Notes: generated by a model not told the origin, from the letters alone. 64,000 nucleotides of DNA from an uncultured Lachnospiraceae bacterium (GCA_946629175.1 CAMOXN010000001.1:2192-66191); one strand, 5' to 3'; counted from the first letter of the stretch, positions 1 through 9,622 are shown. Numbers and translations: made by a program.

Positions 1-3000
1 GCTTGCCGCTGTGATGGTCGTTACCTGCGTGATCCCGGGGATCGCTTTCGCCGCGGAGCCGGCCGAGGCAAATACGTCCGCCGAAGCATTCACTGCAGCG
101 GCAGAGGTCGAGCCCGTCAGGGAAACGGAAGAGGAAGAAGCGGCTGCGTCGGAAGAAGAGGTCACGGCGGAAGGCTCCGAAGCCAAAGCGGCAGAGGATG
201 CCGCTGAGGAGGAAACTCATGAAGCCGACGAGCTTTCCGGAGATCCGGAAGGTGAACAGGAAGCGGAGAAGGAAGGACCGGAAGGAGAGGCTCCGGAGGA
301 TAATGAAGGTGGGGAGACAATCGTCCCCGGAGAACGGAGCGGCGAGGAGAGCACAGAAGCTGCTCCGTCAGAGCCTGAAGAAGCGGAGGCTGATGCCGCG
401 GCAAGTGAGACAGCTTCTCCGGCAGAGCTGGAACAGCAGGCCGATACCGGCGGCGGGCGCAAGGCTGACATCGTCCCCTTCGTCGAAAGCCCTGCGTTCA
501 ACGCTGAGAAGAAAGCAGGCAAGTACGTAGTAAAGATCCACGCAGAGGAAGGAGTGCTTCCCAAGTCGACAAAGGTCTCTGTCACGGAGATGAAAGAAGC
601 GGAGGCGGAACCTTACGCTGAGAAAGCGGAGCAGATGGCGGACGCAGGCATTGCAGTCGCAGTCATCGACATTACTTTCACAGACTCTGAGGGCAGGGAG
701 ATCCAGCCGAACGGCATGGTCGAAGTGACATTCGCGAACGCGGTGGAAGAAAACTCCACCATGTCCGTCTACCATGCGCCCGAAGGTGATGCCTCAAAGA
801 TGGAAGAAGTCAGGTCCGAGGAAAAAGAAGACACGGTAACATTTAAGATGGACAGCTTTTCCCCGGTCGTGCTCCTGGCGGCGGCTGATGAACCGAACTG
901 GACAAAGGGCGGCGCCGGGACGCTCACCGATGTTACCGGTAAAGTCACATTCACACTGAAAGAACAGCAATTCTACAGGTACGACACAAGGGGACTTGGT
1001 GACTGGCTCACAATGACATACAACATGTATGTCGACAGCAAATATGTCGGACGATCCTTCTGCCTGGATCCCCGTCTGGACGGACGGGATTTTTCGCGAT
1101 CAGACAAGACGTACGAAGTCACGGCGCCTATGCTCCGCAAGGCGGCCTGGTACGGCCAGTACGGCCCCGGCAGCATCATCTCTTCCATTACGGGAACAGA
1201 TGATGAAGGAACCAACAATATCGTGACGCATGTCTCGATCTCCGAGATCTATGCCCGCCTGGGGTATACATCCAAATCAAGTGCAGGGGACGGGTTCCTT
1301 GAGACTTCCAACACGCTCAGGGATCATGTCAAGAGGTTCGTCAAGGCAATCGAGGACAAGGCGGACCCGCCGGGCGACTATTACCTGTATGTCGCCGTGA
1401 GCAGCGACAGCAGGAAACAGGACTTCGGCTTCGGCAGCTATGAACTCGTTGACCATGATGCCTCGTTCACGATCCGGAAGGCACCTGACGATGACAGCAG
1501 GACTGTCAGAGATATGATCACAGGCAACAGCAACTATGACCTGACCGGAGCGGTATACTGCGTCTACAGATCCGAAGAAGATGCCAGGGCAGACAGGAAC
1601 CGGGTCGCTGATACGGTGACGAAGAAGACCACTATAACCATTACCGGAATGGCAGATGTCGACGGTAAAGGCGTAAAGGGGATTTCAGATCCTTTCCATG
1701 TCGAACCGGGCAGCTACTACATTAAAGAAATAAAAGCGCCTGTGAAGGGCGGCTATCTGCTGAGCGAATCGATCACACCCGTCAGGCTCAGATCAGACGA
1801 AGACGCGGCCGTAAGTGTTTCCGATACTTACAAGTTCGTGTATCTGCGCATTAAGAAAGAGCCGAGGAACGTTCCGGAAGGTGTGACCCCTCCATCATTG
1901 GCCGGTGCCGTATTTAATATCTACAGTGATGCCAAATGTGAGAGCGGCTCCCTTGTGGGCACAGTCACAACGGATGAAAGGGGTTATACAGAGCAGCTGA
2001 AAGTGGACACGAAAGGCCATAAACTGCTCATCCAGAACTATTACGCCAAGGAGATCAAAGCTCCCGCGGGATACAGGAAAGTTGACAGCCGTTTGACGAT
2101 CGAGACGTCTTCCGCCCTTAAGGACCCGGTGCGGTACGCGCTGATCGACAGGACTGTATCGGAACCCCTGACACGTGCAGGCATCACGATCATCAAGGAA
2201 TCCGGCAGCACGGATATTACTGATGACAATTCCTGCTATCCTTCTCTGGCCGGCGCGAAATTCGGTATTTACAGAGATGCGACATGCCGGGATCTTGTTG
2301 AGACGATCGTGACTGATGAAGACGGCTTTGCGGAGTCGGGCAGCTCGCTGACCGTTGGAAATTACTGGATCAGGGAGCTGGAAGCGCCTTACGGATACAG
2401 GATCAATGAGGAGATCTTCCCTGTCACGAGTCAGGAGATCGCATCCGGCACACAGGAACTTATCGTCTCTGAAGAGCCGGCTCTTGACCCCGCGCAGATC
2501 ACGATCGAAAAGCGCGCAAAAGGAGACGTGAAGGGAAACAGCCTTGAGGGCGCTGAGTTCACGTTCAGCTACTACGACGGATATTATAAGTCTGAGAGTG
2601 AACTGCCGGAAAAGCCGGTGAGGAGCTGGACGGTCAGGACGAAAGAGACCGGCGGGCACTATGTCGCGAGACTCTATGACTGTAAGGAAAACGGAACATT
2701 TGTAAGCGGAGATGAGTTCTATACAGACATGAAAGGAAAGCCTGCCTTTCCTCTCGGAACTGTTACGATCAGCGAGACCAGGGCCCCTGAAGGCTACAAA
2801 AATGATCCGGACTTTGGCGGCGGATCAAAGATCCTGATCGGCAACGTGGTCCTGAACAGCGCCGGTGACGCTAAGTTCACCGTTGTTCTGGGAACGGAGC
2901 CTGCGGAAAACACGATAACGGTAGAAGAGACCCCGCATACGCCCTCGATCAGGACATCCGCGCTTGACGCGCAGTCGAGGAGCCACACTGCCTTCGCGGG

Positions 3001-5896
3001 AGAAGGCACGATCCGTATCATCGACACGGTCACCTATGAGGACCTCAATAAGAATACTTCCTATACGATGTACGGCACGCTCATGGACAAATCGACCGGG
3101 GAGCCTTTTAAGGACGAAGCCGGCAAAGAGATCAAAGCCTCCGCGCAGTTCAATACCGGCGGCAAAATGAACGGAACGGTCGACGTCGTGTTCGAGTTTT
3201 CCTGCAGCGAAGAACATATCAAGGGACATGTTCTGGTCGTAAAGGAGGAACTCAGGGCGGACGCCTCCAATGAGGACGCTGACAAAATACCGGGCGCGGT
3301 TCACTGGGACCCGGAGGACCGGGAGCAGACGATCCGGTTCCCTGAGATCGGTACATATCTGAAGGATAAAGCGACAGGAGAACAGGTCGTCCCTGCGGAT
3401 TCCGATGTGGAACTTATTGATACAGTCAGTTATAAAAGCCTCATGCCGGGAGAGGACTATGTGGTCATCGGTACACTGATGGATAAGGCGACCGGGAAAC
3501 CCGTACAGTATAAAGGAAGTGATGTGACGTCTGCTGCCTCTTTCACGGCAAAAGAGTCAGACGGCACAGTAGAAGTCACTTACCGCTTCCATACGGAGGG
3601 CTTATCAGGCAAGAGTATTGTTGCTTTTGAGAGGCTGGAAAGCGGGGGAAGGATCGTCGCAAAGCATGAGGATATAGACGACAGCGGACAGACTGTTACG
3701 ATCCCGGGCATCAGGACCGACGCATATGACGAGGAGACAGGTAAGAAGAATACACTGGCCGCCGGGAACAGGACCATCGTTGACGAAGTCGCATTTACAG
3801 GCCTGGTCCCCGGGAAGACGTATGAGATCAGCGGAGAGATCAAGGTCAAGCCGACAGACGCGGGCATCAGTTTTGACGATGCGCATACAGTCCCCGCTGA
3901 GATCGTTTCCGCAAAGGGGGACGGCAGTATTTCCTTCGATTCCGACAAGGTGACCTTCGTGCCCGCCGGCAATGAAGGGGAGACCGTCAGCGGTATCCTC
4001 TCCATAGGATTTAAGCTGGATGCTTCGGATCTTGCGGGCGAGGTGATCGTCGTGGGCGAGACTTTGCGGCAGAACGGCGTGGAGATCGCCGTACACCGCG
4101 ACATAAATGATGAAAGACAGTCGGACAAGATCCCGGACGGACAGACTGTCGCGATCGATACTTCGACAGGCATCAAGAACACACTTGCGTCTGACAACAG
4201 AGTCCTTAAGGATACATTCCGCTATGAGAACCTGATACCGGGAGAGACTTACCGGTTCACCGGAAAGGTCATGGCAGGCGCGCTGACAGAAGCTGATGGA
4301 GATGATCCCGGAAGCGGCGGATCCGGAGAAGAAAGAACAGATCTCTTAGAGGAGATCCACTCTGTGATGACAGATGAAAACGGAATTCCGGTCGAGAACG
4401 GATGCGTGGAGTTTGTGCCGGACAAAGAAGACGGGACCGTTGAGCTGTACTTCTCGATCGACGCCTCAGAGCTCGCGGGCAGGGACGTGACCGTATTTGA
4501 GAAGGTGACCCTTGGCGGCAAGTCTGTTATCGTTCATGAAGTCATGGACGGGACACAGACGGTTTATATACCGGAGGGAAAGACGACAGCTGTTGACTCA
4601 GAGACGAAGGAACAGATCTCCATGCCTGATGAAGAAGTACGCATTATCGACACGATGGTCTACAGGAATCTGATCCCCGGAAAAGAGTATACCGTCAAGG
4701 GACGCGTGATGAGGAAGAATACCGGCAGTGAGATCGCCTCCGTGCTTGCGGGAGCCGCATTTGCAGAGGGCTCCGCCGGAACCATATCCGTGGCGGACAA
4801 TGCTGCCTTGTTCACTCCCGAACAGGAAGAAGGCGCTCTTGCCCTCACCTTTGATCTTGATGCCTCCGGACTCGCCGGCGAGGACATCGTGATGTTTGAG
4901 CGCGTGTACCATAACGGCGCGGAAGTGATCGTGCATGAGAATATTGACGACACAGCGCAGACGATACATTTCCCGAACGGACATACATTTGCTTCTGACC
5001 CCGATACGGGAGTCCGCACGATGAAAGCGGGCCAAAAAGTCATTGTCATGGACGAATTTGTCTATGAGAACCTGCTTCCGGGAAAGGACTATGTGATCAC
5101 AGGCAAGGTCATGCTGAAACCGCTGAACGGCGAAGAGCCAAAAGAACTTCCCGCGAAGATGGTGAGCTCCGAAGGTGATCCGATCGGCGAACATGTTTTC
5201 TCACCCGGATCAAAGGACGGGAGTGAAAAGATCCGTTTTGAAGTTGACGCGACCGGCCTTGAAGGCAGAAGCATTGTCATGTTCGAAACATTGGAATACA
5301 TTGATCAGGAGTTTGGAATAAGGACAGCCATTGTCATTCACGAAGATATAAATGATGAAGATCAGACTCTGAACTTCCCGGAGGTCCGTACAACGGCAAC
5401 GGACAAAAAAGACGGCGACCATGAGATCGCCTGTAAGGGGAACGTAACGGTGTCAGACAACGTGGAATACCGGAATCTTACGCCGGGCGCAAAGTATCGC
5501 GTGAGCGGCATACTGATGAACAGATCGACCGGCGAAACTGCCAGGGCGGGCGGCAAAGAGATCACCGGCGAGGCAGTATTCACGGCGAAACAGAAGAACG
5601 GAACAGTTAAAGTCAACTTTACATTCGATTCCTCGAAACTCAAGGAAGGTGACTATGTCGTATTCGAGACGCTCTATGAGATCAACGCGCAGACAGGAGA
5701 CGGTAATATCGTAGGTTCCCACTGTGACCTCAAAGATGCATCGCAGACCGTCAGGCGCCCCTCGACCCCTAAACCGCAGGGAAATCCCGCGACCGGTGAC
5801 AACAGCGATCCGGCTGTGTGGCTGGCAGCTGCTATGGCTTCAGTGATCGGAATTGCGGCCGCAGTCTGTTTCGGAAGAAAACGGTTCAGAAAATGA
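1..5896 (+). CDS. Large sortase-anchored surface adhesin (5' end outside the window): signal peptide, acidic low-complexity stalk, putative thioester domain, 4 SpaA/CnaB-like domains, 7 Thr-Gln ester-bond (VaFE-repeat) domains, NPATG anchor
   Basis: ORF 11..5896; the frame stays open to the window edge (LAA precedes the GTG). Hydrophobic N-terminus ending AFA; Glu-rich region; FCLDP; four K...L(T/A/E)GAx(Y/F)...ExxAP..GY domains; seven HxDxxDxxQ-type motifs; NPATGD followed by a TM helix and RKRFRK. Confidence 0.9.
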   Translation, partial: LAAVMVVTCVIPGIAFAAEPAEANTSAEAFTAAAEVEPVRETEEEEAAASEEEVTAEGSEAKAAEDAAEEETHEADELSGDPEGEQEAEKEGPEGEAPEDNEGGETIVPGERSGEESTEAAPSEPEEAEADAAASETASPAELEQQADTGGGRKADIVPFVESPAFNAEKKAGKYVVKIHAEEGVLPKSTKVSVTEMKEAEAEPYAEKAEQMADAGIAVAVIDITFTDSEGREIQPNGMVEVTFANAVEENSTMSVYHAPEGDASKMEEVRSEEKEDTVTFKMDSFSPVVLLAAADEPNWTKGGAGTLTDVTGKVTFTLKEQQFYRYDTRGLGDWLTMTYNMYVDSKYVGRSFCLDPRLDGRDFSRSDKTYEVTAPMLRKAAWYGQYGPGSIISSITGTDDEGTNNIVTHVSISEIYARLGYTSKSSAGDGFLETSNTLRDHVKRFVKAIEDKADPPGDYYLYVAVSSDSRKQDFGFGSYELVDHDASFTIRKAPDDDSRTVRDMITGNSNYDLTGAVYCVYRSEEDARADRNRVADTVTKKTTITITGMADVDGKGVKGISDPFHVEPGSYYIKEIKAPVKGGYLLSESITPVRLRSDEDAAVSVSDTYKFVYLRIKKEPRNVPEGVTPPSLAGAVFNIYSDAKCESGSLVGTVTTDERGYTEQLKVDTKGHKLLIQNYYAKEIKAPAGYRKVDSRLTIETSSALKDPVRYALIDRTVSEPLTRAGITIIKESGSTDITDDNSCYPSLAGAKFGIYRDATCRDLVETIVTDEDGFAESGSSLTVGNYWIRELEAPYGYRINEEIFPVTSQEIASGTQELIVSEEPALDPAQITIEKRAKGDVKGNSLEGAEFTFSYYDGYYKSESELPEKPVRSWTVRTKETGGHYVARLYDCKENGTFVSGDEFYTDMKGKPAFPLGTVTISETRAPEGYKNDPDFGGGSKILIGNVVLNSAGDAKFTVVLGTEPAENTITVEETPHTPSIRTSALDAQSRSHTAFAGEGTIRIIDTVTYEDLNKNTSYTMYGTLMDKSTGEPFKDEAGKEIKASAQFNTGGKMNGTVDVVFEFSCSEEHIKGHVLVVKEELRADASNEDADKIPGAVHWDPEDREQTIRFPEIGTYLKDKATGEQVVPADSDVELIDTVSYKSLMPGEDYVVIGTLMDKATGKPVQYKGSDVTSAASFTAKESDGTVEVTYRFHTEGLSGKSIVAFERLESGGRIVAKHEDIDDSGQTVTIPGIRTDAYDEETGKKNTLAAGNRTIVDEVAFTGLVPGKTYEISGEIKVKPTDAGISFDDAHTVPAEIVSAKGDGSISFDSDKVTFVPAGNEGETVSGILSIGFKLDASDLAGEVIVVGETLRQNGVEIAVHRDINDERQSDKIPDGQTVAIDTSTGIKNTLASDNRVLKDTFRYENLIPGETYRFTGKVMAGALTEADGDDPGSGGSGEERTDLLEEIHSVMTDENGIPVENGCVEFVPDKEDGTVELYFSIDASELAGRDVTVFEKVTLGGKSVIVHEVMDGTQTVYIPEGKTTAVDSETKEQISMPDEEVRIIDTMVYRNLIPGKEYTVKGRVMRKNTGSEIASVLAGAAFAEGSAGTISVADNAALFTPEQEEGALALTFDLDASGLAGEDIVMFERVYHNGAEVIVHENIDDTAQTIHFPNGHTFASDPDTGVRTMKAGQKVIVMDEFVYENLLPGKDYVITGKVMLKPLNGEEPKELPAKMVSSEGDPIGEHVFSPGSKDGSEKIRFEVDATGLEGRSIVMFETLEYIDQEFGIRTAIVIHEDINDEDQTLNFPEVRTTATDKKDGDHEIACKGNVTVSDNVEYRNLTPGAKYRVSGILMNRSTGETARAGGKEITGEAVFTAKQKNGTVKVNFTFDSSKLKEGDYVVFETLYEINAQTGDGNIVGSHCDLKDASQTVRRPSTPKPQGNPATGDNSDPAVWLAAAMASVIGIAAAVCFGRKRFRK

Positions 5897-7248
5897 TGAC
5901 TAAGTTAAGGCTGGCCGCAGGGCTGTCTGCGGCCTTTATAACAACAGGTAAATTCATTGCCGCAGTTTCGGCAGCGGCTCTCTTTGCTTTCCCCGCTGTG
6001 CTCACGTCGGCCGCATCGGAAGACGGAGGATGGACGGAAGTCATGGAGACCATTCACCACGACGAAGAAGGCCACTATGAGAACCAAAAGACCGGTGAGG
6101 CCGAGGTCGTTGACAAAAAAGCCTGGGATGAGCAGATAAAGCACTACTATTACGAATGCGCGGTGTGCCTGTTCAGGGACGAGACCGAGGACGGTTCTTT
6201 GATCAACGACCATATCCTTCGTGAGCACCCGACCGGAAACGGGAACCATTACTATGACCCCGTAGATGGCGATGAGATCTATCCGAGCTACCGTGAAAAA
6301 TATGAAATCGAGATCATCCACCATGATGCGGTGACGCATATGGAGGATGTCTATGAGGACGTTTGGATCGTTGACCGGAAAGCATATGACGAAGAGGTCC
6401 CTACAGGTCTGTACGGATATGTCGTTGAAGGAGAATTCGTAAGGAACGCAGTGGTGATGATAGACGGCAGGATCTATCCCTTTGATGATGACGGAATCAT
6501 TAAGCCTGATCAATGGGTCACGGTCGACGATAACAGATACTATACTGATGAGTCAGGTGAAGCTGTTACCGGTTGGCACATGATCGACGGCAGGAAGTAT
6601 TACTTCAGGGATGAACGGTATAGATCTTTCAGGGAAGCCGACCGCGGAAAGATGATGACCGGCTGGGCGAACATAGGAAACCGGACTTATTATTTCGCGG
6701 ACAGCCGATACCCGGCATATTCGGATTCCAAGAAAGGAATCATGCTCACGGGCTGGAAGACGATCGACGGCAGGAAATATTACTTCATGGACAGCTTTTA
6801 TTCGGAGTATGACGAGTCACAAAAAGGTATTCTCTTAACGGGATTTCGGAAGATCAATGGCAAATCCTATTATCTGACGGACAAACGCGCTGCAGGATAT
6901 AAGGACTGGAAGAGAGGGATTCTCCTTTCAGGGCACGTTACGGTCGGCGGAAAACGCTATTTTCTGACGAAAACGGGAGTAGTGGTAAAAAAACAATTCG
7001 CAACGCTGAACGGAGAAAAGTATTACTTCTCGAATGACGGCACCATGCTCAGAAACAGCTGGATCACCGTGAACGGAAGAAAGTTTTATCTCGAAAAGAG
7101 CGGGAAGATGCACAAGGGGCTCCTTACACTGAATGGTAAAAAGTATTATTTTGGCTGGAACGGCGTGCTTGTGGTGAACAGATGGATCACTGCTGACGGC
7201 AAGCGGTATTACGCGGACGGCAGCGGCGAGCTTGAAAAACAATACTGA
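5893..7248 (+). CDS. Secreted protein with C-terminal cell-wall (choline-binding-like) repeats and an N-terminal His/Cys-containing domain
   Basis: ATG at 5893 overlaps the upstream TGA (ATGA). Signal-peptide-like N-terminus; repeated GWxxIDGRKYYF / WITVNGRKFYL units; CAVC...H...H. Confidence 0.85.
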   Translation: MMTKLRLAAGLSAAFITTGKFIAAVSAAALFAFPAVLTSAASEDGGWTEVMETIHHDEEGHYENQKTGEAEVVDKKAWDEQIKHYYYECAVCLFRDETEDGSLINDHILREHPTGNGNHYYDPVDGDEIYPSYREKYEIEIIHHDAVTHMEDVYEDVWIVDRKAYDEEVPTGLYGYVVEGEFVRNAVVMIDGRIYPFDDDGIIKPDQWVTVDDNRYYTDESGEAVTGWHMIDGRKYYFRDERYRSFREADRGKMMTGWANIGNRTYYFADSRYPAYSDSKKGIMLTGWKTIDGRKYYFMDSFYSEYDESQKGILLTGFRKINGKSYYLTDKRAAGYKDWKRGILLSGHVTVGGKRYFLTKTGVVVKKQFATLNGEKYYFSNDGTMLRNSWITVNGRKFYLEKSGKMHKGLLTLNGKKYYFGWNGVLVVNRWITADGKRYYADGSGELEKQY

Positions 7249-7301
7249 CGCCGTCTTTCGTACAAAACGCTGAAAAACAGCTGAAATCAGAATATTCCTT
7301 C

Positions 7302-7330
7302 TTGTAATACTCCACAAGAATCGCTATAAT
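7302..7330 (+). promoter_or_regulatory. Putative sigmaA promoter of the EF-G paralogue
   Basis: TTGTAA (7302-7307), 17 bp spacer, TATAAT (7325-7330). Confidence 0.6.
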
Positions 7331-7407
7331 ATACTGGACTGTTTGTTTAGCTCAGTTTACAGAGAGAACAAATGCTCTAAATATATTGGTATAGTGGAGG
7401 TCTGGAA

Positions 7408-9498
7408 ATGAAAGTTTATACTACCGATAAGATCAGGAATGTCGTTCTTCTGGGTCACGGCGGCGCCGGGAAGACAACTCTGGCAGAGGCTATGTGCAAT
7501 CTGACAGGTCTGACATCCAGAATGGGTAAGGTCGAAGACGGGAACACCGTCAGCGACTTCACGAAGGAAGAGCAGAAGAGAGGTTTCTCCATCAGCACTT
7601 CGATCATCCCCGTTGAGTGGAAGGACTGCAAGATCAACGTTCTGGATACTCCCGGATACTTCGACTTCGTGGGAGAAGTCGAGGAAGCGATCAGCGTTGC
7701 TGACGCGGCGATCATCGTTGTTTCCGGCAAGGCCGGTGTCGAGGTAGGTTCCGAGAGAGCATGGGAGCTCTGCGAGAAGTACAATATTCCGAGAATGTTC
7801 TATATCTCCGATATGGATGTCGAAAATGCCAACTACCACGACGTGGCTGAGAAGCTTTCCGACCTGTACGGCGTGAAGATCGTTCCTTTCAACTTCCCTT
7901 ACTACACGAACGGCAAGTTTGCGGGATCCGTCAACGTGATCACACAGAAAGCTTATGAGTTCTCCGGCAAGAACGTGAAGGAAGTCGATGTTCCGGCGGA
8001 CTGCCAGGACCACCTGGAGCACTACCACGACACTCTGATGGAGACTGTGGCGGAGACCAGTGAAGAGTTCATGGAGCGCTATTTTGAAGGCGACGAGTTC
8101 ACTGAAGAAGAGATCCTCGAAGCTGTCGGCGCAAGTGTCAAGGACGGATCCGTTGTTCCCGTAGAAATGGGTGCTAGCGCAGCCAATCTGGGCGTCAGTG
8201 TTCTGCTGGACGATGTCGTGAATTACCTTCCCGATGCAGGTTACCGCAAGATCAGCGGCACCAACCTGAAGACAGGCGAAGCTTTTGAGGCTGATTACGA
8301 TGCTTCCAAACCGAAGAGCGCGTTCATCTTCAAGACCATTGTGGATCCTTTCATCGGAAGATATTCCCTGATCAAGGTCAATTCCGGCGTCATGAAGACA
8401 GATGACACTGTGTATGACAACGGGCTCGACACAGAGCTCAGACTGGGCAAGCTGTATATTATGTGCGGCAACAAGACTTCCGAGATCGCGGAACTTCAGG
8501 CCGGCGATATCGGCGCTGTCGCGAAGCTGGGCGATGCCAAGACCGGAGATACTCTGTCTACGAAGGCGACCCCGATCCAGTACGAGGCAATGCAGATCTC
8601 CACACCTTACACCTACATCAGGTATAAGGCGAAGAACAAGAACGACGTCGACAAGATCGCTCAGGCGATGACCAAGATCTCCTCTGAGGATCCTACTTTC
8701 AAGATGGTCAACGACTCCGACAACAGGCAGACACTGATGTACGGTATCGGCGACATGCAGCTTGAAGTTGTCAAGAGCATGCTCAAGAACGAGTACAAGG
8801 TCGAGATCGAGACCATGGCTCCGAAGGTAGCTTACAGGGAGACCATCCGCAAGAATTCCAACGTCGAGTACAAGTATAAGAAACAGTCCGGCGGACACGG
8901 CCAGTACGGACACGTCAAGATGAAATACAGCCCTCTGGAAGACCAGAGCAAGGCTTATGAGTTCAGCGATGAGGTCGTAGGCGGAACCGTTCCGAAGAAC
9001 TACTTCCCCGCTGTCGAGAAGGGAATCATCGACTCCGTCCAGAAGGGACCGCTTGCGGGCTATCCTGTTGTCGGTGTCAACTGCGTCCTGTACGACGGAT
9101 CCTACCACCCGGTAGACTCCTCGGAAATGGCATTCAAGACCGCTTCCGTCCAGGCATTCAAGAAGGGCTTCATGGAAGCGGGCCCTGTCCTGCTCGAGCC
9201 CATCGTCAGCCTCAAGGTCACCATCCCGGATGCATATACCGGTGATGTTATGGGCGATCTTAACAAGAGGCGCGGCAGAGTCCTGGGCATGAACCCCATC
9301 GGCGGCGGCAAGCAGGTCGTTGAGGCGGAAGTTCCTCAGTCCGAGCTGTTCGACTACTGCACAGTCCTTCGTTCCATGACCGGCGGACGCGGCGATTACG
9401 CGTATGAGTTCGTGAGATATGAGCAGGCTCCTGCTGACATCCAGGCCAAGGAAGTCGAGGCGAGAGCAGCTATGCTCGCTGAAGGTGTTGAGGACTGA
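7408..9498 (+). CDS. fusA2: Elongation factor G paralogue (EF-G2 / EFG-II type)
   Basis: GHGGAGKT, RGFSI, DTPGY, KQSGGHGQYGH, HPVDSS, EPI...GDVMGDL; 696 aa; stands alone, not in an rpsL-rpsG-fusA-tuf operon; GGAGG RBS. Confidence 0.9.
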   Translation: MKVYTTDKIRNVVLLGHGGAGKTTLAEAMCNLTGLTSRMGKVEDGNTVSDFTKEEQKRGFSISTSIIPVEWKDCKINVLDTPGYFDFVGEVEEAISVADAAIIVVSGKAGVEVGSERAWELCEKYNIPRMFYISDMDVENANYHDVAEKLSDLYGVKIVPFNFPYYTNGKFAGSVNVITQKAYEFSGKNVKEVDVPADCQDHLEHYHDTLMETVAETSEEFMERYFEGDEFTEEEILEAVGASVKDGSVVPVEMGASAANLGVSVLLDDVVNYLPDAGYRKISGTNLKTGEAFEADYDASKPKSAFIFKTIVDPFIGRYSLIKVNSGVMKTDDTVYDNGLDTELRLGKLYIMCGNKTSEIAELQAGDIGAVAKLGDAKTGDTLSTKATPIQYEAMQISTPYTYIRYKAKNKNDVDKIAQAMTKISSEDPTFKMVNDSDNRQTLMYGIGDMQLEVVKSMLKNEYKVEIETMAPKVAYRETIRKNSNVEYKYKKQSGGHGQYGHVKMKYSPLEDQSKAYEFSDEVVGGTVPKNYFPAVEKGIIDSVQKGPLAGYPVVGVNCVLYDGSYHPVDSSEMAFKTASVQAFKKGFMEAGPVLLEPIVSLKVTIPDAYTGDVMGDLNKRRGRVLGMNPIGGGKQVVEAEVPQSELFDYCTVLRSMTGGRGDYAYEFVRYEQAPADIQAKEVEARAAMLAEGVED

Positions 9499-9582
9499 TT
9501 CCGGCACGGACTATTTTGACATTCATAATAAATATGCAGTCAAAAGAGTGAAGGCGGTTCACGAAAACGAATAGAGAACGGC

Positions 9583-9620
9583 AGACCGGGGCGTATCGCA
9601 GCGATATGTCCCGGTCTTTT
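9583..9620 (+). terminator. Intrinsic terminator after the EF-G paralogue
   Basis: AGACCGGGGCGTATCGC-A-GCGATATGTCCCGGTCT hairpin followed by a T-run. Confidence 0.7.
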
Positions 9621-9622
9621 AT

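Noticed and set aside
5818-5892. Upstream GTG start for the cell-wall protein given in the ORF track
   Set aside because: It would overlap the adhesin anchor coding region; the ATGA-coupled start at 5893 gives a sensible signal peptide.
7408-9498. Tetracycline ribosomal protection protein (TetM/TetO-like)
   Set aside because: Length and domain IV motifs (KQSGGHGQYGH, HPVDSS) are EF-G-type.
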